Source: the human T2T-CHM13v2.0 reference genome, Homo sapiens. Taken from it: DNA of 64,000 bases. Every line of letters starts with the position of its first letter. The first letter of the stretch is position 1. The position numbers and the translations under genes are program-made. The notes under the pieces are model-generated. The model was not told the origin of the DNA and ran no database searches. It was given only the letters and a program-made list of their open reading frames with translations. Positions 62,895 through 64,000 of the stretch are shown piece after piece. The DNA is taken from the NCBI RefSeq assembly GCF_009914755.1, contig NC_060928.1; one strand, written 5' to 3'.

Positions 62895-63437
62895 CTCCAG
62901 ACGGAAGGGCAAAGGCAGCAGATAGAAGGGGAAACGGGAAAGCAAAGTAGAATATTTCAAGCATGAAAAGCTTATTTGCAGCGAGCCCCATCTCTCCTGT
63001 CTGGTGGAGCAGCCCAGATCCCCTGCCCAGGGGAAGGAGTGTGGGCCTCATCCACGTTCCCAGACTGTGTCCAAGGACTTGCTAATCCAACCCTGAGTTG
63101 AAGTCTGTCCAGAGTCCCAAGGCAGAGGAGCGACATTGCTGAGGGCAGAGGGCTGGGCGGTGAACTAAGAACACCTTAGGGGGCTCACTCCATCTGCGCC
63201 TCTGCATCCTGGCTGGTGTTTGAATCCAACCAACTGCAAATTCGCCAAAACAAAGGCCCCTCTTCCTAATTATCCTTGTATATAAACATGCTGTTTTCCT
63301 TGAGAATCTAAAAATTAGCTGCTCAGAATAGGATTAAAGCACTAAAATGATCAAAATTGTCCTTTAAAAGCCATTGAGTAAAATTTTGCCAGCTGCAGAA
63401 GATAAGAAAAGAGTAGTATCCATCCATTACCACATTC

Positions 63438-63747
63438 TTTTTTTTTTTTTTTTTTTTTTTGGGACAGTGTCTCACTCTGTCACCCAGGCTGGAATGCAGT
63501 GGCACAATCACGGCTCTGCAGGGTGCAGACTCCACCTTCTGGGCTCAAGCCATCCTCCCACCTCGGCCTCCCAAGTTGCTGGGACCACAGGTGTGCACTA
63601 CCACGCCTGGCTAATTTTTTTAATTTTGTAAAGATGGGGTTTTGCCACGTTGCCCTGGCTGGTCTTGAACTCCTGGGCTCAAGCAATCTGCCCACCTCTA
63701 CCTCCCAAGGTGCTGGGATTACAGGCATGAGCCACCGCACCCTGGCC
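63438..63747 (-). mobile_element. Alu (AluJ-like)
   Basis: Reverse-complement dimer, TSD CCACATTCTT. Confidence 0.9.
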
Positions 63748-64000
63748 ACATTCTTAAATACAACTGCTTTTTGGCAAATTAAATGGAAAGCATCCTCTGA
63801 CCCTGCTTCAATTGCTGAGCTCACCTGGAACTATAATTCTGTTTTGCGAACAAGGTTGGATTATCAAGTCACGCATCCAGAGGGCCGAGGTGACCTGGGT
63901 GACGCCCCTCCCCCCACACCTGTTTGGGGAATGAGGTGACAGACAGATGCAGGGTATTGAATGCTTGTGATGAGAGAAGGTGTACGCTCCCTGCAGAAGA

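Overview
Human (primate) genomic DNA, GC-rich and Alu-dense. It holds the 3' part of ABLIM2 (actin-binding LIM protein 2, chr4p16.1) on the minus strand. I traced nine GT-AG coding exons in frame, from 62894 down to the stop at 9542. They include an 8-nt microexon and the C-terminal villin headpiece, followed by a ~1.7 kb 3'UTR ending near an AATAAA at 7895-7900. The intronic, L2-derived microRNA MIR95 lies at 47889-47969 (-). The rest is intron or intergenic sequence with ~33 Alus, several LTR, DNA-transposon and old L1 fragments, and simple repeats. Gene and repeat-family names come from my recall of known sequences, not from a database search, and repeat boundaries are approximate. I found no convincing previously undescribed biological system. 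The best leads are a very young L1HS Ta-1 insertion with a twin-priming inversion in sense orientation in an ABLIM2 intron, an old inverted duplication with a fold-back junction in the last intron, a 308-bp dispersed duplication with asymmetric CpG decay, a sharp Alu-orientation switch near 23.4 kb, and a possible headpiece-less read-through isoform whose 3' end may coincide with the miR-95 hairpin.
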